NCBI RefSeq assembly: GCF_006345805.1
Contig: NW_021835023.1
Coordinates: 1-43,111, forward strand
DNA length: 43,111 nucleotides
Source: Octopus sinensis
Taxonomy: Eukaryota
Direction of reading: 5' to 3'
Of the stretch, positions 24,762-39,442 are shown piece after piece. Within the stretch, counting starts at the first letter, position 1; each line of letters starts with the position of its first letter. Under the pieces are notes generated by a model that searched no databases, was not told where the DNA came from, and saw only the letters and a list, made by a program, of their open reading frames with translations. A program made the translations under genes and the position numbers.

Positions 24762-27700
24762 ATATATAATATATATATATATATATATACCCTTTTACTT
24801 GTTTCAGTCATTTGACAGCGGCCATGCTGGAGAACCGCCTTTAGTTGAGCAAATCGACCCCGGGACTTATTCTTTGTAAGCCCAGTACTTATTCTATCGG
24901 TCTCTTTTGCCGAACCACTAAGTAACGGGGACGTAAACACACCAGCATCGGTTGTCAAGCAATGCTAGGGGGACAAACACAGACACACAAACACACACAT
25001 ATATATATATATATATATATTTACATATATACGACAGGCTTCTTTCAGTTTCCGTCAACCAAATCCACTCACAAGGCATTGGTCGGCCCGGGGCTATAAC
25101 AGAAGACACTTGCCCAAGATGCCACGCAGGGGCACTGAACCCGGAACCATGTGGTTGCTTAGCAAGCTACTTACCACACAGTCACTCCTATATATATATA
25201 TGTTGCTGTATTTAGGAATGGTCATGTTGCCAATTTAGAATTTTGAACCCAACCCTAAGGTATTTTTCTGCTGATGTTATTATTATTATTATTATTATTA
25301 TTGAGTGGGAGAGCAGTTCATGCCATCAGAGTGACACTGGGGTAAAATATACGAAGCCCAATATACCCATCATGACTACCCGTCTGATAAGGGTACACAA
25401 GGCATATGCATCACAACCATATGTGCGCGGCATGGTGATCTCATATCAAGATAAACAGCTCATGACCTTGCAGGTGGGGCCCAGTTAGAATTTTCTTCAG
25501 GTTGAGTAGCCCATCCCGCTCAAAAGGTCCCTGAATAAGAGTTGTTTAAGGATGTTGAAAGAACCACCCATGTTTCCAGAGGTGAATTATTCAAACCCCA
25601 AAGAATCCCTCTCAACACATGGCTATGATGCTCCCCCACTACTTCTGCTCGTGATCAGAGATGCACATATCGTCAGCCACTAAGGGACCTAGTCAAATGG
25701 TTAAGGTCAAACAACTGACAAGCAAATCTGTGGTATTGAGCAGAATATTTGCTGTGGCCCATCTTTTATACCAAGACAAAACAATGTACATGATAACAAT
25801 TCCAATCAGTTAAGATCAGAAGCCATAAGAGCCACTGTCTGGTACTGCATCAGGGCATTTATACTGCATCAGGGCATTGGTACTGCATCAGGGCATTGGT
25901 ACTGCATCAGGGCATTTATACTAGACACGTGGACTATTATAAACTACATCCCCAGACGACCCATTCACCACCCTAAAAATTACCATTCCTATGTCTGCGA
26001 CGGATAATGAAAATAACACCAGGTTAACCCAAGATAACCATAACCTCATAAATTCATCTTTAGCACCTTCTAGAATCCTATGCAGCTGTAGACGCCCCGC
26101 ATCATGTCCTTTAGATAACAGATGCCTCACAAGAAATATTGTATACAAATGCACGGTATCAGATGAGAATTCCAGTTATGTATACATCAGCTCGTGCAGC
26201 ACTACCTTCAAAGTCAGGGCGGGTAACCACGATTCTAGCTTCACATCCCAAACAAGAATTAACGGCATTTCTTTATTTCGGCTAATTCATAACCTAAAAC
26301 AAAACTAATTCGGAAATTAACAGGTTATATGGACTTACTTTTTCCGAGTACGTCTTTCAGATCATCGGAGCTACATAATACTTCTTTGTTATTTTGAGCG
26401 CATTTCACTTTTATAGAGGCATCTGTTTGAGAGAATGATATATGTTAGAACAGGAGCACATGATAGTATAATTATGTTTATATACTGTGTGTGTGTGTCT
26501 TGGAATGAGTAAAGAATTCTGGTAGGTTGAAATGTTCTTATCCTTTCTTTAACAGTCGCTAACAAATACAGCGAGCACAATATTTTTCTTTCTTCAATTA
26601 AGAGGACAATTTCAATTTATTGAACTGTATTTTTCTTGCTTGTTTGCATAAGTGACTCGATACAACATCCATTAAATAAGTTATCCAAATTCATGTTATT
26701 GGTCAGACTGAGTTATTTCCCTTAGATCACCTTGTTTATTTTTTAATTATGCAAATTATTGCTGGCAAAAATACTGTAATTCTTATGCTACATCGTGGGA
26801 TGATGAAAACAAGTTTAAATTTGACAATAGTTCGCTGACGAAATCCAATAAATTACAGAACATGTTTGTAGTTGTCTCCCTTACCTGATAATATTACTCT
26901 GTATTCTTTATACATCCTAACAAAGTAAGGAGAGTGATTTTGGTAGAACCGATGGATGTAATTTAATTTTACTGAATTCTTAATGTCCTCAGATTATCTC
27001 CCTTTTCCCTTTTCCCTGGGACTCGCCTACAAATGTAAATTACCATTAATTAAAAGCTAATGATATTTACTCTTTTATCCATCGATTCTACCGAAACCGT
27101 TCTCCTTACTTGGTTACGATATATAAAGATTACAGAATAATTTTTGATAATGAAAAAATGAATTCAGTATGCTTACCTGTTGCTTCGAAACTGACGTTGT
27201 ATTGAGGATTGTGACAAGTCGAGATACGGGGATCAATTCGTCTCCTGGAAATTATCGTCAGGTGGAACGTAGAGGGATATGTTGGTTTAACTATGTATAA
27301 TTTACCCGGATTCGTGTCAGTTGCATTGGTCATGTAGTCGTAACTGGCCAAACTTGGCTGACTGTTGTTATACGCACCATACACAGTGACCTCACCACAC
27401 TGGACACTCACCTGTGACGAACAAAAAGGTATAATATATATACGGTGTCCTTGATTTCATTCTACAGATGCATTTAGAAAAGGAGTCCAAACTTTGTCCC
27501 TTAAATCCACTGTCTCCTCCTATTACTTCAACCACCGCTACGACGCCGTAGTGATCTCATTCTTGCTTACAACATCATAAGCGGAAAGTGTAACCTCTCG
27601 AAAGAGCTGTTCTTCACTCCTGCCCCAGAGCGTCGGCTGCGGGGTCACTCCGAAAAGCTCTATCTGCGACGATTTCATTTCAATCGAAGGAGAGGGGCTT

Positions 27701-29516
27701 TCTCCGTCCGGGTTGCGGATCCGTGGAATAAGCTGCCGCACGAGATAGTGAAGATGCCGACGACCACTCGGTTCAAAGTCTCTCTTGACCACAAGTGACC
27801 TGAACTCTTTACATGAACACCACCCTGTACATAACTCCATGTCCCCCTACATGGCCTTGCTTTTTGCTTTTTGAGCCAAAAAATTAACTAACTCACAAAC
27901 TAACTACAAGACCATCTTCTCGGAAGTAACTACTTGGACACCAACCCATAAAAAGCAAACTTGAAACACCAATCTCTGCTCTCCTCATTATACATTTTAT
28001 ATCTAAACCTAACTTTTCCTGCGCTATCCACGATGCCCAATCCTTCCCCAGTCCTAGTGTTAATCCCTTCTTTAGAATTCTCTCTTTGTCCACGTTTATT
28101 TTGCAGCCACAAATGCTCCAACTAAACTTCAGTGATAAGAATGAGATCAATCAGCCGTGGAAGGACTGGGTGGTTTATGAGCACTGTCCCTTTTTTCTCA
28201 TTCATCCATAAAAATACAAAAGAAAAAAAAAATCCAGAGGATGTTATTGAATATTCGTCTTACCGTGATTATTGTACCCGAGTTGGACTGGATAGTTTTG
28301 GTGACATCCACAACTTGTTCTTTTGGCTTGTTAGTTTTTGGAATGGGGTTGTTTGAGAGGTCTACACCGTTCTCCGCAATTAAGACAGCTACAAAATTGA
28401 CGACATCAATTATGGGAAGGAAATCATAAATTGTTACTTGAATCACATACAGGAGTGGCTGTATGTATATGTGTGTGTGTGTTGTGGTGTGTTCGTACGT
28501 TTGCATGTACGTACGAGCTGATACAAAATGCCACAGAATACACCGACTGAGACAAAAAAAAAGGAGCATACTAATTCAAGAATATGCACATAAACAAACA
28601 CGAACTAATTAGGATGCGACATTACGAAACTTTCGAAATTTTGACGCCAAAGCTTATCATAAAATTTCAAAAAATGCTAGATATGAATGCGAATGTGCGT
28701 ACGAAAATAAAAAAAAATTATACTTTAGATTGATTTTTCAAACGGAGATAAACATCAAGGGAAATAATCATCAAGGAGATAATCATCATGGAAGATAATC
28801 ATCAAGGGAGATAATCAAAGGCGATAGTCATCAAGGGATGTAATCATCAGGGAGATAATCATCAAGGGAGATAATCATCAAAGGAGATAATCATCATGGA
28901 AGATAATCATCAAAGGAGATAATCAAAGGAGATAGTCATCAAGGGATGCAATCATCAAGGGTGATGGTCATCAAGGGACATAATCATCAAGGGAGATAAT
29001 CATCAAGGCAGATAGTCATCAAGGAAGATAATCAGCAAGTGAGATAGTCATCAAGGGGGATAATCATCAAGGGAGATAATCATGAAGGGAGATGGTGATC
29101 AAGGGAGTTAATCAGCAAGGGAGATAGTCATCAAGGGAGATAATCATCAAGGAAGATAATCAGCAAGTGGGATAGTCATCAAGGGGGATAATCATCAAGG
29201 GAGATAATATTCAAGGGAGATAATCGTCAATGGAGATAATGAACAAAAAGTCATTCTCACAGAGAAAAAAGATAGAGAGAGATTAAAAAATTGTTCTAGA
29301 TAGACGGTAGCACATACATACATACAGGAGTGGGTGTGTGGCAAGTAGCTTGTTTACCAACCACATGGTTCTGGGTTCAATCTCACTGCGTGGCACCTTG
29401 TGCAAGTGTCTTCTACTATAGCCTCGGGCCGACCAAAGCATTGTGAGTGATTTGGTAGACGGAAACTGAAAAGAAAACCGTCGTATTATGTATATATATA
29501 TATATACACAAACACA

Positions 29517-29602
<86 letters not shown>

Positions 29603-29604
29603 GT

Positions 29605-29674
<70 letters not shown>

Positions 29675-31341
29675 CGTATGTGTGTTGTGTTTGTGTGTCT
29701 GTGTGTTGTCCCCCAAATATTGCTTGACAACCGATGCTGGTGGTGTTATGTCCCCGTCACTTAGCGGTTCGGCAAAAGAGACCGATAGAATAAGTACTGG
29801 GCTTACAAAGAATAGTGCCGGGGTCGAGTTGCTCGATTAAAGGCGGTGTTCCAGCATGGCCGCAGTCAAATGACAATAATAATAATAATAATAGTATAAT
29901 AATAGTGCGCCAATGAGGAGCCTCAAACTTGTAGAAATAGCAGCCAAATCTCCTTCAGTTCACTCACCTTATCATTTTACAAAAATTACAAATTGGATAA
30001 GGATATGGAAGCACTCCGTCGGTTACGACGATGAGGGTTCCGGTTGATTCGAATCAACGGAACAGCCTGCTCGTGAAATTAACGTGTAAGTGGCTGAGCA
30101 CTCCACAGACACTTGTCCCCTTAACCTAGTTCTCGGGGATATTCAGCGTGACACAGAGGGTGACAAGTCTGGCCCCTTGAAATACAGGTACAACAGAAAC
30201 AGAAGTAAGAGTGAGTGAGAGAAAGTTGTGGTGAAAGAGTACAGGAGTGGTTCGCCACCATCCCCTGCCGGAGCCACGTGAGCATTTAGGTGTTCTCGCT
30301 AAATAAACACTCACAACGTCCGGTCTGGGAATCGAAACCGCGATACTATGACCGCGAGTCCGCTGCCCTAACCACTGGCCATTGCGCCTCCACGGATAAG
30401 GATATGCTACGTATAAGAAAAGATCCGGGATTTTCACGTCACATTTAGAACCTGTGTGACCTTGGAGGTGAATAATGAGGTCTCTACAGCAGCAACAACA
30501 GCAACAAAAAAAAACAAGCAATAATAAAGGTTATTCGATGTCAGACTTACCTTTACAAGTTTCAGTTTTAATTTCTTTCACAATAAAATCAATATCATCA
30601 TAACTTTTCAAGTCGATGAAATGTGTACAATTAGGTTCACTTGCTGATGCCATTAACTCAGACTTTCTTGGATTGACAACTCCAATTGTAAATATAGTGA
30701 CGCCCATATCTTTCAGCTTTTTAGCTGCTGCTACTGTTTTCGCTTCACTTCTTGACCGTCCATCCGTGAGCAAAACTAAAACTTTTGCAGCAATAGATTT
30801 TCTTGTTGTAGTTGCAAAGATATCGGTACGTGCTAAGTCAAGAGCCAAGTCCGTATAAGTTAAACCACCGTCGTAATATATAGCGTTAATTGCACTTGTT
30901 ACTGCAGTTTTCGTACTGTATTTCCCTAAGTTAAAAGATACTATAGAGAAATCTGAAAATCTAATCACTGCTACGCGTGTCTCCTCTTCGCCAATGTCTA
31001 GAGTAGACACAATATTATTCAAGAATGCTAATGTCTTTATAAAGTTGTCTTTTCCAACGCTTCCTGACGAGTCAATAAGAAAAAGTAAGTCCATCTGGGC
31101 ACCGGCACAATCTGAAAAGATATTTAGAATTAAAACTAATTTTTTAACATAGACCCATACGCGAAAGTTTGCTTATGAATGAATTATTATTATTATTATT
31201 ATTAGTATCATTATTAATATTATTATCATTATTATTATTATCATTATCATTATTATTATTATCATTATCATTATTATATTATATTATTATATTATTATTA
31301 TTATCATTATCATTATTATTATTATTATATTTTATATTATT

Positions 31342-31429
<88 letters not shown>

Positions 31430-31448
31430 TATCATCATCATTATTTTA

Positions 31449-31530
<82 letters not shown>

Positions 31531-32213
31531 GAGTGAGGGAGCAGTTCATGCCATAAAAGTGACACTGGGGTAAAATATACGAAGCCCAATATACCCATCA
31601 TGACTACCCGTCTGATAAAGGTACACCAGGCACATGCATCACAACCATATGTGCGCGACATGGTGATCTCATATCAAGATAAACAGCAAATGACCTTGCA
31701 GGTGGGGCCCAGTTAGAATTTTCTTCAGGTTGAGTAGCCATCCCGCTCAAACGGTCCCTGAATAAGGGTGTTTAAGGATGTTCAAAGAACCCATGTTTCC
31801 AGAGGTGAATTATTCAAACCCAAAGAATCCCTCTCAACACATGGCTATGATGCCCACTACGTCTGCTCGTGATCAGAGATGCACATATCGTCAGCCACTA
31901 AGGGAATGCTCAAGGTTACGGTCAAACAACTGACAAGCAAATCTGTGGTATTGAGCAGAATATTATTATTATTATTATTATTAGTAGTAGTAGTAGTAGT
32001 AGTACTTCTTTACTACCCACAAAGGGCTAAACACAGAGAGGACAAACAAGGACAGATATCGATCCCAGTGCATAACTGGTACTTAATTTATCGATCCAGA
32101 AAGGATGAAAGGCAAAGTCGACCTCGGCGGAATTTGAACTCAGAACGTAGCGGCAGACGAAATACAGCTACGCATTTCGCCCAGCGTGCTAATGGTTCTG
32201 CAAGCTCACCGCC

Positions 32214-32265
<52 letters not shown>

Positions 32266-32893
32266 CATTATTATTATTATTATTGAGTGGGAGAGCAGTG
32301 CATGCCATCAAAGTGACACTGGGGTAAAATATACGAAGCCCAGTATACGCATCATGACTACCCGTCTGATAAGGGCACACCTGGCACGTGCATCACAACC
32401 ATATGTGCGCGACATGGTGATCTCATATCAAGATAAACAGCAGATGACCTTGCAGGTGGGGCCCAGTTAGAATTTTCTTCTGATCAAGTAACACATCCCG
32501 CTCAAAAGGTCCCTGAATAAGGTTTGTCTAAGGAGGATGAAGGAAACTCCCATGTTTCCAAGGATGAATTATCCAAAACCCCAAAGAATCCCTCTCAACA
32601 CATGGCTATGATGCTCCCCCACTACTTCTGCTCGTGATCAGAGATGCACATATCGTCAGCCACTAAGGGACATGCTCACTGGTTGAGGTCAAGCACTAAA
32701 AAGCAAATTTGTTGTATTGAGCAGAATATTTGCTGTAGCCCATCTTTTATACCAAGACAAAACAATGTACATGATAACACTTCCAATCAGTTAAGATCAG
32801 AAGCCATGAGAGCCACTGCCTGGTACTGCATCAGGGCATTTATTATTATTATTATAATTATTACTATTATTATTATTATTATTATTATTACTG

Positions 32894-32941
<48 letters not shown>

Positions 32942-33177
32942 TCATGATTATTATATAGTAGTAGTAGTAGTAGTAGTAGAGTTGTTGTTGTTGTAGTAGT
33001 CGTAGTAGTAGTAGTAGTAGTAATAGTGATAGTAGTAGTAGTATTAGTAGTAGTAGTTAGTGTAGTAGAGTAGTAGTAGCAGTAGTAGTAGTAGTAGTTG
33101 TAGTAGTAGTAGTAGTAGTAGCAGTTAGCAGTAGTAGTGTAGTAGTAGTTGTAGTAGTAGTAGTAGTAGTAGTAGTT

Positions 33178-33208
<31 letters not shown>

Positions 33209-33213
33209 TAGTG

Positions 33214-33250
<37 letters not shown>

Positions 33251-33864
33251 AGTTAGTAGTAGTAGTAGTAGTGGAGTTAGTAGTAGTAGTAGTAGTAGTA
33301 GTTCGATAGTATTATTTAGTTTAACACAAATTTGTCCGTCTTCTTTTCATTTCTATATAACAAAGGACCTTTTACCCAGCTTCCGGAACTCCGCAAATAC
33401 CGTGCAATAAACTTTATCCCTAACTGAGTAAAAAGACCTCGTTTTAACGTTCGTCGATTGGCATACGTTGTCTTAAAATAGTTTTGTTCTCTAATATTTT
33501 TATGTGGATTAATAAAGATTAACCATTTACAGTTTAATCTGGACATATGCAGCCTAAATATTCTACCCATTTTTAGATCAAACTAGCCAGATCTAGCCTC
33601 TCACACTTAGCCTACAACATCCTTCTAAAAATATAAGAACGCATCATCAAAATCTCAAAGCTAAAAGATAAAGTATAATTAATTCCAAATAGGCGCAGGA
33701 GTGGCTGTGTGGTAAGTAGCTTGCTAACCAACCACATGGTTCCGGGTTCAGTCCCACTGCGTGGCATCTTGGGCAAGTGTCTTCTAGTATATAGCCTCGG
33801 GCCGACCAATGCCTTGTGAGGGATTTGGTAGACGGAAACTGAAAGAAGCCTGTCGTATATATGC

Positions 33865-33896
<32 letters not shown>

Positions 33897-36800
33897 TTGT
33901 GTGTGTGTGTTTGTCCCCCTAGCATTGCTTGACAACCGATGCTGGTGTGTTTACGTCCCCGTCACTTAGCGGTTCGGCAAAAAGACACCGATAGAAGAAG
34001 TACTGGGCTTACAAAAAAGAATAGTCCCGGGGTCGATTTGCTCGACTGAAGGTGGTGCTCCAGCATGGCCGCAGTCAAATGACTGAAACAAGTAAAAGAG
34101 TAAAAGAGTAAGAGTAATGGGATTAAATAAGCGATACCTTTAATAGAGTAATCTTAATGCTAAAGAGAGTTCAACGGATTCTGCTTTAGAAATGTATTAA
34201 TTTGAATCTGTTAATTACAGTTTAGTTGTTTACATTTTATAGTTTACTAGCAGTATCGCCCGGCGTTGCTCGGGTTTCTAAGGGAAATAACTATAAAGCA
34301 TTTTTAGAGAGTTATAGCCAAAAAATAGCAAAAAATGCATTAAAAATGGAAAAAAATTATGGTAAATTTTTTTTAAATCGTTGACTCATCGTAAACATTT
34401 TTAGAGAGTTACTTCCCTTATATAATAGCGAAAACAATGCATTAAAAATGGAAAAAAATTATGGTAAATTTTTTTTTTAATCGTAGACTCATCGTAGACG
34501 CGCGCTAATACCCAGAAGGGCTCGATATGAATCACGACTATAAGATACCCGCTTTTGGTTAAACTGCATCGCAAAATGTGGGAGTAGTTAGGAATCTAAA
34601 TCGTAGGGGACAGACACACAACTTCACTTTTATATATATAAAGATTTTAAGTATTAAGTAAAAATTTACATTGGCTCCAGACATCCAGGCTATTTCGGGT
34701 CCCATGTTTGCCAGATATTTGGTCCGGTATTATATAAACCTTGTTATTTCTCAAGCCGTCTGGTTAGTTGGCATAGCTATTATTAATGTGACTAGCGAGG
34801 CATTTAACTGACTGGAGAAGAGATCCCCCAAGCAAGAAACAGTTATGTACTTAGTGCGAAAACTATAAGCGCATCAATTATTGAAAAGTTCCGGTGCATT
34901 TCCTTGGGCAACAGCTCCACTTCTACACCCCCTACACATACATACATACATACATACATACATACATACATACTTATTTCTTAACTACCCACAAGGGGCT
35001 AAACACAGAGGGGACAAAGAAGGACAGACACACGGATTAAGTCGATTACACCGACCCCAGTGCGTGACTGGTACTTATTTAATCGACCCCGATAGGATGA
35101 AAGGCAAAGTCGACCTCGGCGAAATTTGAACTCAGAACGTAGCGGCAGACGAAATACCTATTTCTTTATTACCCACAAGGGGCTAAACACAGAGGGGACA
35201 AACAAGGACAGACACACGGATTAAGTCGATTACATCGACCCCAGTGCGTTACTGGTACTTATTTAATCGACCCCGAAAGGATGAAAAGCAAAGTCGACCT
35301 CGGTGGAATTCGAACTCAGACGTAACAGCAGACGAAGTACGGCTACGCATTTTGCCCGGCGTGCTAACGTTTCTGCCAGTTCGCCGCTTGTTCATACATA
35401 CATACATACACACGCACACACACACGCACATACATACATACATACATTCATACATACATTCATACATACATACATACATACATACATACATACATACATG
35501 CATACATACATACATACATATATACATACATACATACATGCATACATACATACGTATACAAGTGTATTCGACAAAAGAGCACAGACAATAATTTTACTCA
35601 CCGTCTAACTGTTCTAATTCATTTGACCAGGTCACAAAATCAGTGGTGTCGCCGTTCGAATTTATATGAGTCTTCCACGATTGAGCTTGCTTTGCCTTTT
35701 GAAGCGGAACCGGCAACATAGAGTTTAAGATAAGCAGGCTCATTACCAATCCAGAATATAGGGGTTTTTGTAGGTCGGACATTGTTAGGGTCGATACATC
35801 AACGTTGAAAACGGTTTTCACTTGACTGCAATTCGTTTTCAGTTTACTATTGCAAGCATCTTGGACTTTTGTCAATTCGGTGTTGGTTACCTACAGAAAT
35901 AAAAGACAAAAGCATCTTTGTACCAAACGGAGGAGTCTTTAGGGCGTCATTAGATTACTCATTTTACCTTTAATAGGGCAGATGTGTTCGTCCATGAAAT
36001 CCTCCATAAATTATACTTGGAGAAAAAAAAATTCAAGATGGGTGGTTGTGGATGGAAGATATGGCAAATGAGGGTTTACATTAGACAACAACACCAACAG
36101 CAAAAGACCCCCTTCGGTTTTGATAAATCAAGGACCAGTTGTGTACGAGGGTGGATCTAAGTCGACTGGACACCTTCCCCATAAATTTCAGGCCGCATGC
36201 CCACACATTAACACCCATCCACCATGGGCGAGGTGAGGGTCTACGTACAATTGCGGGACCTCCGATTTTCGTGGACAAGCCACGCGTCCATGTAGCCACG
36301 CTCCCCCGAGAAGCGTGCCTAAACGCCAGGTGTATTAGGGTGGGGCGGTGCCACCGGGGCCGCCGGGTAACCGGACCGCCCCCAAGCTCGACGCCTCAGC
36401 GGATTCCGGGCAATCGAAGTCGACCGTCCCAAACTCGAAGCCATCTCGGGCAACTGAAGGCGACCGTACCAAGCCTCTACGCCTTAGCGGATCTCGGGCG
36501 ACGGTCTCTCCTCTCCTCTGGCGCCGGGTGACCTGTTCGTATGCCGCGCGAAGCCCCGGCCATGGTCAGTCTCGCGGGGTGGGCTTTTCGCTACTTCGGG
36601 ATGACCCACCTGCATCACGAGCCCAGGCATGGTTAAAGACCCGGATATGCGTTCGGTACATTTGGTCACATTCTTACGGGAGGGACAGGCATCGAGCTGC
36701 CCCCCCACGCGCTCGACGGGCTCAAGCTCTCTTACCACGCCAAGGTAGTACCAGGGTATCCGCATCAACCTTCGCCACCTTCCGTGCGACGAGCGTACTC

Positions 36801-36979
36801 AAGCCATCCGAATGGCGAGGCAATTAGTAGATTTAGCTAGCCTTAAGAGATTTCAATGTTTTTGTTTTTTATGTTGTCGTTTCTCATCTTGTCATCGCTT
36901 TTTGATGTCCTTGTACCCATATTTACATCTATACATACATATATGTAAGTAGTATGTAATATATATATAATTATATATA

Positions 36980-37031
<52 letters not shown>

Positions 37032-37727
37032 AAACATATGCTATATGATACATATATGTACTACCTACCTCTACATGTATATATACAAATACAGATACAC
37101 AAACATACACCCACACACACACCAGACACACACACACACATATATAATATATATATATATATATATGCATATATACGACGGGCTTCTTTCAGTTTCCGTC
37201 TACCAAAGCCACTCACAGGGCTTTTGTCGGCCCGAGGCTAGTAGAAGAAACACTTGCCCAAGGTGCCACGCAGTAGGACTGAACCCGGAACCATGTGGTT
37301 CGTAAACAAGCTACTTACCACACAGCCACTCCTGCGCCTATATATTGCAGTATTCCGGAGAAGATTTTTTTCAAATAAACAAACGTACTATAGATTCATT
37401 CTTCACTTGTTTATTCCTGTTCTTTATTACTGTGAGCTTGTTTCGCTTATTCCATTCTAAGCGGAGCAAGAACACATGCGAAGATAGTAAGTGTCGCTGA
37501 AGAGGTCACAGATGAGTGACGAAAGATTTCCGGACAATGGACATGAGTTAGAATGAGAAGAGTAACGATCGAGCGAAGAACGAATATACAGTGCGTGTGT
37601 TTATTTGGCACAGGAAAACATGACCATCCCGAAATACAATATATGTTTCAACACACGGAATCACATCAGGAATCATGCAATATAAATTAATAAACGTATA
37701 TACATACATACATACATAGATACATAC

Positions 37728-37759
<32 letters not shown>

Positions 37760-37971
37760 TATATATATAATATATATTATATATATTATATATATAATAT
37801 ATATATATATAATATATATGTATATATATATATATACATACATATATATATATACATATTTATATATATACATATGCACATATATATATATATACATATA
37901 TAGACTATATATATATAATATATATATATATATATAGTCGGAATTCACACACAAAAACTGAAGACAGGTGT

Positions 37972-38020
<49 letters not shown>

Positions 38021-38192
38021 TATATAGGTATATGTATATATATAGTTATATTTTACAATACAACAAAAGACGAAGACAGGTAGGTAAACAACAGGTGCAT
38101 TAGTTTTACACTCGGGAAGGTGAGATAGTCTTTTACGATTGGAGCATACGCTCTTCAACAGAAAGGAACACGAGAAAATAACATTTATCTAT

Positions 38193-38242
<50 letters not shown>

Positions 38243-38912
38243 AAATTATATATTATATATAATATATATATGTAAATATATATATATCTATATATATATA
38301 TATATATATATGTAAATATATATATGTAAATATATCTATATATATTACATATATATATGTCCTGAACTTTGGCATCGAGAGTTACGCAAATACCAGAACT
38401 GGGCGCCACTGCGTGGTGCCTAGGACTCCAAACCTGCCATCAAGATGTAGGACAAGATACTGTGATAGCCTGGGCTTCCGAGGCCCACAGCTCTTCATAT
38501 CCTCCCGAAGAACCTGAGAGACCTGCATGGGGTGGATACAGATGTCTTTAAAATGAAGCTGGATCTCTTCCTGTCAGGTGTCCCAGATGAACCAACTTCA
38601 CGGCAGGAGGGCAATGATGGCAGCTGCATCGAACTCTCTCATGCACCAAATAGCATTGCTAGAAAGCCTCCTGAAGTGAAACCAAAGTCGCAACACCAAA
38701 TGGCGGTGCCCCAGCATGGCCACAGCTCATAAGCTGAAACTAGAATCAATCAATCATATATTTACATTATGTAAACATAATATATATATATATATATATT
38801 ATATGTTTACATATATGTAAATATATATATATATGTAAACATATATAGATATATTTACATATATATATTACATATATATATATATATATATATAGATATA
38901 TATATATATTAC

Positions 38913-38954
<42 letters not shown>

Positions 38955-39442
38955 CACATATATATATATATATATATATATGTATACATACATATACATA
39001 TATATACATGTATCTACATATATATATATATATGTATATTTGTAATACATACATACACATACAGTCATACATATATAAATAGATAAATGCAGAGAAAGAG
39101 GGTGAGGCGTACAAATTACTTGAGTTATTTAAACACATGCGCATACACCGTGACCGACCAGGCTATCAGATATTGCTACACATCGCTGGTCACAATGCGC
39201 TTCGCATTGTTTTAGCCTTCAAATGACGCCACTCCGCTGGCTAAGCGAGCAGGCCAACAGAAGAAAGAGTGATAGAAAGGGTGGTGAAAGAGTACAGCAG
39301 GGATCACCCCCCCCCTGTCGGAGCCTTGTGGAGCTTCTAGGTGTTTTCGCTCAATAAACACTAACAACGCCCGGTCTGGGAATCGAAACCGTGATCCTAC
39401 GACCGCGAGTCCGCTGCCCTAACCATTGGGCCATTGCGCCTC

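Noticed and set aside
27893-28150. Minus-strand ORFs as additional exons of the gene
   Set aside because: They are not needed for frame continuity, and I identified no convincing splice sites for them.
27177-30551. Direct splice from the vWA exon to the 27411 exon
   Set aside because: The phase mismatch gives a stop after six codons. The 125-nt exon at 28388-28264 resolves it.
33691-33770. tRNA genes at SINE heads
   Set aside because: They continue into SINE bodies and lack a proper acceptor stem, so they are tRNA-derived heads only.
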